A DNA stretch of 64,000 nt from Aureliella sp. (lineage in GTDB: Bacteria; Planctomycetota; Planctomycetia; Pirellulales; Pirellulaceae): NCBI GenBank assembly GCA_963691875.1, contig OY829846.1, positions 1,856,001 to 1,920,000 of the forward strand. Direction: 5' to 3'. Below are positions 11,407-21,138 of this stretch, piece after piece (position 1 is the stretch's first letter; each line of letters starts with the position of its first letter). The notes beneath the pieces are model-generated. The model saw only the letters and a program-made list of their open reading frames with translations, had not been told where the DNA came from and did not search any database. The position numbers and the translations under genes are program-made.

Positions 11407-14400
11407 CTACCAGTTGAGGTCTTGGAGAATGGTGGTGGGGCCATCGATGGGCACCAGCAACTCAGTCTTGCCGCCGGATTCGCGGAGGATCGGTTCGCCT
11501 CCACCTGCAACCGCGACAGTGATGGAGTCATTCATCACGTAGCCCTTCCCTGTCTTCTCGACTTTACCCACGGCAGCTCGGAAATAGATCTTGCCAGCAA
11601 GCTTCACACCAACCAATGGAGTGATCACAATTTCACGACGGAACATACCAATGTCATCGCGAACCACAGGGACTGGCTGATCCTCTACACTCGCCCAAGG
11701 CGTGCGATAACGGAAAGTCGGCTGTCCCTTGTCGTTCAGACGATATCCAAGGAACTTGTAACCTCGCTCACGAGGAGACTCCGCTGGCCAATCTGCTTCG
11801 GGGCTCTTCAGCACCGCAACAGGAGAAGATTTCTCGAGCGTCATGGTGGAGCCACCGAGAGGGGTTTGATTTCCGGGGCCGCGTCCAACCCAGTGCTTCG
11901 CCGCGTCGATAAAGCGATCTTGCCAAATCAAAGTCAATGAAAGCTCGTTGGCATCCCAACATAGATTGGCTTTCTCGGGATAGCCGACTGCGATGCCTCG
12001 CGGCGAAACGCCCTCAATGAAGTTACGATAAAGCACTGGCTTGTCAGTTGGCTTGAGCTCAACCATGCCCGAGACAATGCCCTCAGGAACGCCGCCCTTA
12101 TCGCCCTTTTCAAGATAAGCCCACAGCGCAGCGATTTGTTTCGATTTATCGCCACCGTAAACCTCTTGCACCGTACTCTTGCCTTCAGGAAATCCGGTCG
12201 GCATACGTGTACCAGGGCGATAAACCTGCGGATCAGGCAGATAACGGTGAAACCAGTCTTCGCGAATACGTTTTGTCATCGTGTCCAACGCGATGGCTTG
12301 AATCCCAGTTGCTCGGAATTTACCGTAGGTATGGCAGGCAACGCAGGCGAGTCCCTTCGCCCCGACCAGCTTACGTCCTGTCGCGACAAGGCGATGTTCA
12401 GGCTCATCGATGTCGGGAAGGTCGATTGCCGCCTGAGCATCGAGTTCTTCAAACATTGATGCCAATTGCTCTCCTGCTTTGCCAAAGCCCGGCATGTGAA
12501 CTCGCATGTAAGGGCGATTCTTGTTACCGCCTGTCACAACGGATTGAATCCAATTCTTCTGAAGTTTGTCGCCGACACCATCGAGGGTTGGAGCGAGACG
12601 TCCTTCATCGCCCATCTCAGGAATACTCGACGTGAACAATGCATTTCGATCAGACTCGGCACCACCCATGCTCCCTCGCTCATGGCATGCATAGCAATTG
12701 AGCGAGGTCATAGTATGAACCAAAGCACTGTTTCGATTCGGCGAACCTGAGACCCCACCCAACGCTTCCGAGATCGCTATTTTTTGTGACGTGATCAAAT
12801 CGTAGTTTGGCAGCGGTGCCGCAACTTTGTCGCTCAAGCACCCCTTACCAGGTGCACAGTCCGCTAACGAAGGAGCTCGCACCGACGACAATAATCTTTT
12901 ACCCTCTTCACTGCGCTGGTGGCAATTCGCACAACCAAGACTTTGGAACAGCTGCCGACCGGTCGCGACCAAAGATGAATCGAATACAAACAGGTCAGGA
13001 TTGTTGGGTTCGGCCGTAGGGGCGACTGGAAGTTCGTTACCATCGCGCGTCATCACGATCGCTTTGTCGATGCGTCCCGACTTCACTCCAGGCCCGGCCC
13101 AATCCAAACTCAGCTGCTCTCCGCCACCTGCCTCAAACCAATCAACACGAATCGCGTGCTTACCAGGGCCCAAAAGAATTGTGTCCTCTTTGAAGGTCGT
13201 AGGGTGAATCCCATCGTTGTCCAGAATCAGCTTTCCGTCGATGTAGAGCTTGCTCCCGTCGTCCGAACCAATTCGGAAACTGTATCTGCCCTGCTTTTCG
13301 ATAGGCAGAAAACCGGTGAAGCTCAAAACCACGTTCTCGTTGCGTTTACCAGCACCAATATCTAAGCCGCGGGAAACACCAGTCAGGTCAGGTTCCAGTT
13401 TCGAGAGATCAGGCAACTTGTCATAGCCACCGTAGTAAGCCGCGAACTTCATGTTGGGTTCTTTAGGCTTATCGCGCATGTCGCCAAAAGTAACGCTCGC
13501 GTCACCGGTCAAATACTGGGCGATGTGCCGATGAGCGTCGCCGTTGAGATTGAGTTTTGGCATCCGCCCGGACGGTCTTACTTTCAGCGGATCTTTCAGA
13601 AACTGCTCCAAGCTGGCGCGGGAATACTTTTCACCAAGGCCTACGAGCGGAACGGAAGTCGCTGTCGACGCCTTGCGTCCATCTTGTGGCATGTGGCAAG
13701 CAACGCACCCAGACTCATGAAACAGCTTCTGGCCTTCGTTGGTGTTACCACTCTTCCCACCTCCATTTAATGCATCAGTGCCAACCAAAAAGTTGGTCAA
13801 TGCCAACGCGGCAGATTTCCGATCTTCCACCGCCATACCAGCCATCAAATCCGGCATCGTTGTGCCAGGCTTCATCTCGTGAGGCGTCGTCAGAAACTTG
13901 AGGATCCATTCGGGCTTCAAGCGTTTCCCGACCTCGTCCAAAACTGGTCCTTGCTTGGCCCAATGGCTCGCAACAAGCTGACTATCCCCTCCGTGACAAG
14001 CAACACAATTGAGTTCAGCCATGAGAATCTGTCCACCTACAGCATCAGCTGTGGTGGCGTGGAAGCGTTCGAAGCCAGGGATAATGGGGCGTCGAGCTTC
14101 GGCTTCGACATCTCGCGGTACCACCCAGATGTTCCGATAGCGAACCGGGTTGCCATGGTTCTGCAAGTAAATCGGTCCATCCTCAGGACTTTCTTTCACA
14201 GGAGCAGCCGTTGTACTCTTCGGTAGATCTACATCCCGATGCACCACGACACCATTAAGCTTCACCGTAATCCTAGCGTTTGCCGTCTTCTTGTCTCCCT
14301 CGAATCTGGCGGCCGTAAACTCCACGTCATAGGTCTGCCAGGCCATGGGCGGCAAGCACATGTTCACGTCAGGAGCCCGAATGGAGTACAACCCGCCAGC

Positions 14401-15000
14401 CTCGTTGTTCTTGCCTTCGAGCCCAAAGGAATCGAGCATCTGGGTCTCATAACGCCCCTGATGATATAGGCCGCTATTGCCGCGTCCCTGACCGCGAGCT
14501 TTGGGCATAAATGGTGTCCGGAATTCCAGGTGCAAGATATAATCACCAAACGTATCGATACTCGTGCAGCCTTGCATCAACAAACCGCCTTCCGTGATCT
14601 TGGCGCCCTTCTGCCAGTGCTTCTCCAAAGACTCTTGGGAACCATCGAAGAGCACGACGGCATTGGCTGGGGGCTTCGCACCGAGTGTTGGGCTCTTGCG
14701 ATCTACACGGTCAAAGTTGTCGAGCATGGCTTCGAGCTGGTCCGTGTCTACTTCGATGGACTGCTTGCCTTTGCCATCCCAACCGGCACCGGGTAGTCCG
14801 TCGGTATAGGTCACGACCTCGAACTCCCCATCGCCAAGCGCGATCACCTGGAGCCCACGCTTGGAATCCACGTACTCGCCTTGTAAAGCGAAGTCCGGAT
14901 CCTTCTGAGCGGCTTGGAGAGTGTCGTAGACTTGAGCGAGCGTGTGTTGCGAGCCGATCAACAAGCCAAAGATAAAGAGCAACAGAACTGTTAATCGCAT
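11407..15000 (-). CDS. DUF1080 + PA14 + multihaem cytochrome c fusion protein
   Basis: Signal peptide from ATG 15000; DUF1080 ([22 protein letters not shown]); five CxxCH motifs (CVACH x3, CANCH, CYACH); PA14 (FRIGSDDGSKLYIDG...DNDGIH...WFEAGGGE). Confidence 0.88.
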   Translation of the reverse strand: MRLTVLLLFIFGLLIGSQHTLAQVYDTLQAAQKDPDFALQGEYVDSKRGLQVIALGDGEFEVVTYTDGLPGAGWDGKGKQSIEVDTDQLEAMLDNFDRVDRKSPTLGAKPPANAVVLFDGSQESLEKHWQKGAKITEGGLLMQGCTSIDTFGDYILHLEFRTPFMPKARGQGRGNSGLYHQGRYETQMLDSFGLEGKNNEAGGLYSIRAPDVNMCLPPMAWQTYDVEFTAARFEGDKKTANARITVKLNGVVVHRDVDLPKSTTAAPVKESPEDGPIYLQNHGNPVRYRNIWVVPRDVEAEARRPIIPGFERFHATTADAVGGQILMAELNCVACHGGDSQLVASHWAKQGPVLDEVGKRLKPEWILKFLTTPHEMKPGTTMPDLMAGMAVEDRKSAALALTNFLVGTDALNGGGKSGNTNEGQKLFHESGCVACHMPQDGRKASTATSVPLVGLGEKYSRASLEQFLKDPLKVRPSGRMPKLNLNGDAHRHIAQYLTGDASVTFGDMRDKPKEPNMKFAAYYGGYDKLPDLSKLEPDLTGVSRGLDIGAGKRNENVVLSFTGFLPIEKQGRYSFRIGSDDGSKLYIDGKLILDNDGIHPTTFKEDTILLGPGKHAIRVDWFEAGGGEQLSLDWAGPGVKSGRIDKAIVMTRDGNELPVAPTAEPNNPDLFVFDSSLVATGRQLFQSLGCANCHQRSEEGKRLLSSVRAPSLADCAPGKGCLSDKVAAPLPNYDLITSQKIAISEALGGVSGSPNRNSALVHTMTSLNCYACHERGSMGGAESDRNALFTSSIPEMGDEGRLAPTLDGVGDKLQKNWIQSVVTGGNKNRPYMRVHMPGFGKAGEQLASMFEELDAQAAIDLPDIDEPEHRLVATGRKLVGAKGLACVACHTYGKFRATGIQAIALDTMTKRIREDWFHRYLPDPQVYRPGTRMPTGFPEGKSTVQEVYGGDKSKQIAALWAYLEKGDKGGVPEGIVSGMVELKPTDKPVLYRNFIEGVSPRGIAVGYPEKANLCWDANELSLTLIWQDRFIDAAKHWVGRGPGNQTPLGGSTMTLEKSSPVAVLKSPEADWPAESPRERGYKFLGYRLNDKGQPTFRYRTPWASVEDQPVPVVRDDIGMFRREIVITPLVGVKLAGKIYFRAAVGKVEKTGKGYVMNDSITVAVAGGGEPILRESGGKTELLVPIDGPTTILQDLNW

Positions 15001-15187
15001 CAGAAAAAAAATCCCCGCGCAAGGTTTTTGCATGGAAAGAAACGGGAGGCAGTATGGGAGGCCTTGATCGATTGGTGGGCTGCGGCACTCCATTACCACT
15101 TCATCAAGGTACCGTCATTATGCTCCAAACCTTCCGTGCTTACAGCCAGGGCAAAGAGAATTTGCCCTCGGCGTGAAAAGGCCACGA

Positions 15188-16384
15188 TCACCGCAGAAAC
15201 TGAGCATCCAATACACGATCGTAGCAGTTCGCAATCCGCTCGTTCATCGCAGTATCGGTGAAACATTCGCGGTGCCGGGTCACCGCATTGGCAGAGAGCT
15301 TGGCCCAATTTTCGCGACTGGCCGCCAGATCCAACACACGCTGGGCAAGAGCCGCTGGATCATCTGGCTTGGCGAGTAAACCTTCGACGCCGTCTCGAAC
15401 GACCTCGCGTATCGCGGCGACATCCGAACCGATAACGGGAACACCTGCTGAAAGTGCCTCAAGGACGACCATCGGAATTCCTTCTCCTCGCTGACAGGGA
15501 ACCACCAATGCGTCAAGCTGCTGAATTTGCTCGCTGACATCACTCACGAACCCCGTTCGCCGTACCATCTCTCCAAGCGTCAACTTGTGCTCCAGTTGAG
15601 CCAATATTTCTTCGTACTCAACGGACTCAAAGCTGCCGATCAGCTGCAACTCAATTGGCTGCTTTCGCTGGCGGAGCAGCTTCATCGCTTGGAGTGCAGA
15701 TTCGACTCCGGCATGCGGCCCTATTAAGCCGACCAGGCCAATTCGCCAAGTCTTGCGATCCATTCGATTGCTCGTGTCAATCGGATCGGCACTCGGCACT
15801 CCGTTGGGAACAACGCAAAGTTTGGCTCGGTCCCAACCACTTGCCAAGATCTCTCGTCGCAACCGACGACTAACGGTCATCAGCATCTCGCAACCGCGAA
15901 TCGAGTAGGATTCAATCAACGATTGCATGCGTCTAGAAAAGCTGCGTGGGCTATTTCGGATCGAAGATCGGTGGATGTGATACACCCAGGGAATTCCTGA
16001 TCGATAGGAGATCTGCGAAGCGATCATGGCGGTACGAGGTGAATGAGCATGCAGGAGCTCGATTGACTCTTCCAGAGCAAAGTCGATAAGATCCCGAACA
16101 ACGTGCATATCCACGTTGGCTTCCATCGAAAAGTCGTGAACTTGATAGTCGCGCAATCCGCTGCATCTCCGAAACTTGCCGGGTGTGATGCATGCAAAAA
16201 GTGGATCAAATCCGCTTCGACCAAGCCCTCTTCCCATTAGCTGTTGAACTCGCTCCGCCCCAGTAAAATGTTCTCCCCTGATGACATGGAGGACTCGACG
16301 GAGCTCGGTCGGCGCTGATGAGGATGTGGAAGCTTGTGAAAGAGTTGCCGTAGAGGGGCCCGTAATTTGCGTTAGTAGGCTCAT
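15188..16384 (-). CDS. glycosyltransferase family 4 (GT-B)
   Basis: RVLHVI..GAERV, LLHAHS, VVPNGV, EGIPMVVLEALSAGVPVIGSDV (EX7E). Confidence 0.9.
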   Translation of the reverse strand: MSLLTQITGPSTATLSQASTSSSAPTELRRVLHVIRGEHFTGAERVQQLMGRGLGRSGFDPLFACITPGKFRRCSGLRDYQVHDFSMEANVDMHVVRDLIDFALEESIELLHAHSPRTAMIASQISYRSGIPWVYHIHRSSIRNSPRSFSRRMQSLIESYSIRGCEMLMTVSRRLRREILASGWDRAKLCVVPNGVPSADPIDTSNRMDRKTWRIGLVGLIGPHAGVESALQAMKLLRQRKQPIELQLIGSFESVEYEEILAQLEHKLTLGEMVRRTGFVSDVSEQIQQLDALVVPCQRGEGIPMVVLEALSAGVPVIGSDVAAIREVVRDGVEGLLAKPDDPAALAQRVLDLAASRENWAKLSANAVTRHRECFTDTAMNERIANCYDRVLDAQFLR

Positions 16385-16670
16385 GAAGTTCTCGGAGTTG
16401 CCGCCCTGCCTGCAGGAATCCTAACAAAGAAAAAGAATTCCGAATGTGGCCGTCGAAGCCCTGCAATTGCGAGGACCTCGCTTCGACCACATCTGAAACA
16501 TAGGCTTTTGCGCGATTGCGGTCGTCAAAGAAAAACGACTACGTGTAGATTCACATAGTCGTTCTTGAGTAGAGTCGGATTGTAAGGTCCGCCCAAAACC
16601 TAGGATAAAAAGTTCTGGTCGCTTCTTCCTGCAACCGCGACTCTTACAGTCCTGCGTCCAGCGGCAAGTC

Positions 16671-19600
16671 CTACTGTTCAATCAGTTCTTTGCCTTCGTA
16701 GGACTCTTCTTGAAGTAGCCCGAGGAAATGCTCCCAGAATTCCAGCTCGTCTTCCGCTCGTGCCGAGCTAGCGAACTCAGGATCGTCCACCACGCTAAGC
16801 TTCTGTTTCTGAACTTGTCCATCCACAGTAAGCGTTACCAAGTACTCGCCAGTAGAGCTTGAACGACGCGAACGGCCGGAAGAACGAAGATCCCACGATT
16901 CGACATGCAGGCCTGCCGAGGTGGCAACGTCTCGATCGAGCAACGTCTCGCCGAGCAAGCTTGTAATCTCTAGCTTCGCGCTGCGAACATTTCGAGCCAG
17001 AGAGTAGTAGATCTTGGCACCGGAATCAGGGTTTTCGCCCACAAATTGGCGAGTGCCTGAGCTCCCGCGACGCACGGTCGATCTCCAGCGGATGACTTTT
17101 TGCGGCTCGTAAAGTGTGACCGCCGCGGCCAAAGTTTCCTTCGAAAGTTGTCGCAGGGCTGATACGTCTGCGACCCAAAGGCTACGCCCGTGGGTGCCTG
17201 CCACGATCTCGCCACGCGTCGGGTGCTGAGCGATCTCGTGCACAGCAACGGTTGGCAAGTTGCTGTTCAGCTTGGTCCAGCTTTCTCCGCGATCGATGGA
17301 AACCCAGATGGAGAATTCACACCCCAGGTACAAGACATTCTCGTTCTCAATATCTTCTCGCAGTACACGCGTCGAACCGGCCAAGGAAGGCAAGTTGGCT
17401 CGAATCGATCGCCAGGAGGCCCCGTAATCTTCAGAAACAAACAAGTAAGGCTCGTCGTCGTTGCTGCGGTGACCGTCGAATGTCACATAGCACCGACTAT
17501 CGGAGAACTTCGAAGCAGTCAATGAGCTGACCCAACGCGGCTCGGGAACAAGCTCACTAAGCGGACTTGTCTTGGGGCCAGCTTCCTCGGGTCCATTCAC
17601 TCCAGGTGCACTGCGTTTCACTTCGAATTCGATAGAGAAACTACCACCATTGATTTCGATAACGCCTGTCATCATGCTGCCAGAGAGCTTCGCCTTAAAA
17701 TCCAAGTTGGCGGTTTCGGATGCAGCCGAGAAGTTCACTTCACCTGTCCCAGGATTATATTCCCCACCGTCGATATCGCCGTCACTACGCGCCGTCGAGT
17801 AAGTTCCCTTGAGGCTGTTGTCGGCTTGCAGCTTTAGGACGATTTCGAGGCTACTATCGCCAGGGATATTGCTCCCAGTGAAAGCCCCCTCGTAGGTGCC
17901 GCTGACTTTATCGTCCTTAGATGGATTTTCTTCGGATGCTTTTTCTTCAACAGGTTTCTTGGGCTTTTCCTTTGCCATCTCCATCGCCTTGCTGTCTTTC
18001 GACTCCGCCTTCTTGACGGTGGGTTTTTCCTGAGCCGGTTTTTCCTGAGCCGATTTCTTGGCGACGGGTTTCTTGACTTCGGCATTCGTCGCTTCAGTCA
18101 TATTGGCCCTCTGAGACTTTTCGACTCTCGGCTTATCGGCTGCAGGCTTGTCTGGATTGCTTTCAGGCGCCTTGCCTTGCTTCTTCTTGCCTGTGCCGTT
18201 TTTTTCCTTACTGGGCTTGGTGCTCTTTTCATCACCTGAGGCGGTTTCCTTGTGAGCTTCACGCTTCTTCGCTTGCGTCTTTTTAGGTTCTGCCTTTTCT
18301 CCTATCCTTGGATCAGCTTTGGGCTTGCCTGCAGCCGCTGGCTGGGCCTCAGTTTTCTTAGGACCTACGCCCTCAGGCATGCTGTCTTGCACACTTCGTG
18401 TCTGCGGTAACTCATCCTTGGCGAGCTTTCCGTCCTCGTTTTTATCGAAGCGTTGCAGCATTGGTCGCATATTGGCCGGCAGTTCATCCTTACCAATGAA
18501 GCCGTCCTTGTTGCGATCCAGTCTCTCAAGCAGCTGGCTCATCCGACTCGCGATAGTTCCGCTTGGTCTACGGCCACTTCCCGTTTGAGCAGTTCGTCCG
18601 GAACCAAGCGAGTTGGCAAATGATCGTGAGCTCGTCGCCTTATCCGACTTCTTCGATTCCTCGATAGACTTCTCGTCACGCAGGTTCACCCAGCTCTTAC
18701 CATCATCTTTGGTCATCCACAAAGCACCATCGGTCGAACCGACGTAGAGCACGCCAGCAACTCGTGGCGATTCGCTAATTGCACTTCCGGCACCTTTGTC
18801 CGTCAAAGTGAACTCGGGAGAGATAGCACGAGTGCGATCCCCCTTGCGAACGGACTTGAAGACATGGTTGCCCGCACTGTAGTGAATCTCCGAGTTGTGC
18901 GGAGAGAGTATGTAAGGTGTCTTCCAGTTAAAGCGATAACGCGTCCCTCGAGGTGGCCGAGGCTGAATGAAACCGCGCTCGCCAGTCTCGAGATGGATAC
19001 GGCCCATTCCGCCGTTCTGGCTCTCAAAGTAAATCTGTTTCGGATCCTTCGGATCGACAAGTGTCACAAAGCCATCGCCAGAGCCCACGCGATACCAATC
19101 CGAGTTCATCGGTCCCGAAGTATCCCGCACTCGCGTCGGTCCGCCCCAGCTACCGTTGTCTTGCAGGCCGCCGTAAGCATAGTAGTTGTCGTCGGAAGAA
19201 ATACCGACGTGATAGAACTGGCCAATCGCGACATGATTGTGGTGATCCCAGTTTTCCATACGGTCGTAAGTTACATACAGGCCGCCATCATTGCCAAGGA
19301 TCATGTGCCGTCCATCGCGAGGATCGACCCATAAGGCATGGTGATCCACGTGCACGTCACTACTTGCTCCGTCACCTGTAAACACTTCGCCGCCATCTTT
19401 GGTGCGATAAAGTGATGTCCCCAAGACGTAGATGTAGCTATTGTCGGAGGGGTCAACACGTATCTGACTGTAGTACATCGGACGCGGGTTCACTGAGTTA
19501 ATCCGCTTCCAAGTGACGCCTCCATCCTTCGATTGATACACGCCGCCGTAGTTCTTCTCGTCTGAGCCTTGCTGTCCTTGGAGATTCTGAAGCTGCCCGC

Positions 19601-20813
19601 CCAGGCTGGCACTGAATGGACTTCTCGGATTTCGTCGCATTCGCGATTCGCGTTCGGATTGTTCAGCGCTTGGCTTTTCTCGCTCGCCGTAGGTCAACTC
19701 AAGCTTTATTGTTTCGCCGCCTCGACGAACGTCCCAAGTAGAATTGTCGCCCGACTGTTTGGCACGAATTGCCTTTTGCAATTCGTTGTAATCGTAGACA
19801 CTTTTCCCGTCGACGCTCACCACGATATCGTCAACTTTCAATCTGGCCTTGCTGGCGGCAGTGTTGCGAGATATCTGCGTGATCTTGGCACCGACTTCTG
19901 CTGACTCACCGCTGAATCCAACGTAAGGGAACTTCTCAGGAGCTTCACCAATCTTTTCAGTCTCCACGACGGCGTAAATGATCTTTGGATTCTTGCGATA
20001 GATGCTCAGACCGATTCGCCCCATCTTCACTTGAGGCAAACCGATGCTCATCTTCTCAAACGTCCTGCCCCCATCCGTCGTGCGATAGATACCGGCGCCT
20101 TCGCCAAACTTGACCTCGGGATCATTCCCATCGAACCCATCGCGTTTCCGCACGTAAGTCGCGACAAGCAGTGTGTCCGGATTGCGCTGATTCATCTGCA
20201 CATCGATGATGCCTGTCTTGTCGTCGACGTACAGGATTTTTTCCCACGTCTTTCCGCCATCTTCTGTCTTGTAGAGCCCACGGTCTTCCGATGGTCCCCA
20301 GAGCCTGCCGAGTGCCCCGATATAAACAATGTCTGGATCGGTCGGGTGAATCGCGATGCGACCGGTCTGGAAGATCTTGTTGAGCCCCATGTTCTTCCAA
20401 GTCTTACCGCCGTCGATCGACTTGTAGACTCCGTTGCCCCAGGACACGCTATTGCGCGGATTCCCTTCACCAGTACCTACCCACAGAATGTCCGGATTAC
20501 TCTGGCTTACTTGAACGTCACCGATGGAAACCGTTACCTCAGAATCGAACTGATGTTCGAAGGTGATACCGTTATTGATTGTTTTCAAAAGCCCACCGGA
20601 AGCAGTCGACGCCCACCACCGATTTGGATCCTTTTCATAGACGGCAATCGAAGTGATCCGGCCGCCCATGTTAGCGGGACCGATGCTTCGCCAATTGAAT
20701 TGCGAAACGGCCTCGCTGGAAAGACTTGGAATGGCTTTCGAACTCTCTTGAGCAAGACAGCATGGTGCGGCTGCTAGGGCAAGAAGGCAGAGGCAAGCAA
20801 CGTTGGATCGCAT
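16671..20813 (-). CDS. VPS10/sortilin-like BNR-repeat (Asp-box) secreted protein with PDZ, EF-hand pair and Lys-rich linker insertions
   Basis: WRSIGPANMGGRI; many SxDGGxTW Asp-boxes; PDZ-like (VGFSGE...AASKARLKVDDIVVSVDG); EF-hands DRNKDGFIGKDEL and DKNEDGKLAKDEL; GTHGRSLW. Confidence 0.88.
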   Translation of the reverse strand: MRSNVACLCLLALAAAPCCLAQESSKAIPSLSSEAVSQFNWRSIGPANMGGRITSIAVYEKDPNRWWASTASGGLLKTINNGITFEHQFDSEVTVSIGDVQVSQSNPDILWVGTGEGNPRNSVSWGNGVYKSIDGGKTWKNMGLNKIFQTGRIAIHPTDPDIVYIGALGRLWGPSEDRGLYKTEDGGKTWEKILYVDDKTGIIDVQMNQRNPDTLLVATYVRKRDGFDGNDPEVKFGEGAGIYRTTDGGRTFEKMSIGLPQVKMGRIGLSIYRKNPKIIYAVVETEKIGEAPEKFPYVGFSGESAEVGAKITQISRNTAASKARLKVDDIVVSVDGKSVYDYNELQKAIRAKQSGDNSTWDVRRGGETIKLELTYGEREKPSAEQSERESRMRRNPRSPFSASLGGQLQNLQGQQGSDEKNYGGVYQSKDGGVTWKRINSVNPRPMYYSQIRVDPSDNSYIYVLGTSLYRTKDGGEVFTGDGASSDVHVDHHALWVDPRDGRHMILGNDGGLYVTYDRMENWDHHNHVAIGQFYHVGISSDDNYYAYGGLQDNGSWGGPTRVRDTSGPMNSDWYRVGSGDGFVTLVDPKDPKQIYFESQNGGMGRIHLETGERGFIQPRPPRGTRYRFNWKTPYILSPHNSEIHYSAGNHVFKSVRKGDRTRAISPEFTLTDKGAGSAISESPRVAGVLYVGSTDGALWMTKDDGKSWVNLRDEKSIEESKKSDKATSSRSFANSLGSGRTAQTGSGRRPSGTIASRMSQLLERLDRNKDGFIGKDELPANMRPMLQRFDKNEDGKLAKDELPQTRSVQDSMPEGVGPKKTEAQPAAAGKPKADPRIGEKAEPKKTQAKKREAHKETASGDEKSTKPSKEKNGTGKKKQGKAPESNPDKPAADKPRVEKSQRANMTEATNAEVKKPVAKKSAQEKPAQEKPTVKKAESKDSKAMEMAKEKPKKPVEEKASEENPSKDDKVSGTYEGAFTGSNIPGDSSLEIVLKLQADNSLKGTYSTARSDGDIDGGEYNPGTGEVNFSAASETANLDFKAKLSGSMMTGVIEINGGSFSIEFEVKRSAPGVNGPEEAGPKTSPLSELVPEPRWVSSLTASKFSDSRCYVTFDGHRSNDDEPYLFVSEDYGASWRSIRANLPSLAGSTRVLREDIENENVLYLGCEFSIWVSIDRGESWTKLNSNLPTVAVHEIAQHPTRGEIVAGTHGRSLWVADVSALRQLSKETLAAAVTLYEPQKVIRWRSTVRRGSSGTRQFVGENPDSGAKIYYSLARNVRSAKLEITSLLGETLLDRDVATSAGLHVESWDLRSSGRSRRSSSTGEYLVTLTVDGQVQKQKLSVVDDPEFASSARAEDELEFWEHFLGLLQEESYEGKELIEQ

Positions 20814-21138
20814 GGGATGTTCCGGCGTGAGAGTGTTAGTTCAGGCAACAGCTAGTTTGGCGGCTAGCGGAACTCGACAAGAGTTTCGGCCTAGAGCCAA
20901 CCAATTGCATGAGGGAACAGCCCGAACGAGACGCGAGTGGTCTCAGCAAATACAGACTTTCGAATCTAGTCAGCTCGGCAAGCGTCTGCAATTGCCGCTA
21001 CTGGAAACACAGCAAGAATTAGTCCAAACGGGAGCTATCAAACCTGAAGCCTTTCCATAACTCCATGTCCCAGCCAGAAGACTTAAGAATCCTTCAAGAA
21101 GAAAACACATTTCCCTGCACCGAATTAACGGCGACAGC

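Noticed and set aside
17830..18400. Low-complexity repeat-like DNA considered as a repeat array
   Set aside because: It encodes the in-frame Lys-rich linker of the VPS10-like protein and has no repeat-spacer periodicity.
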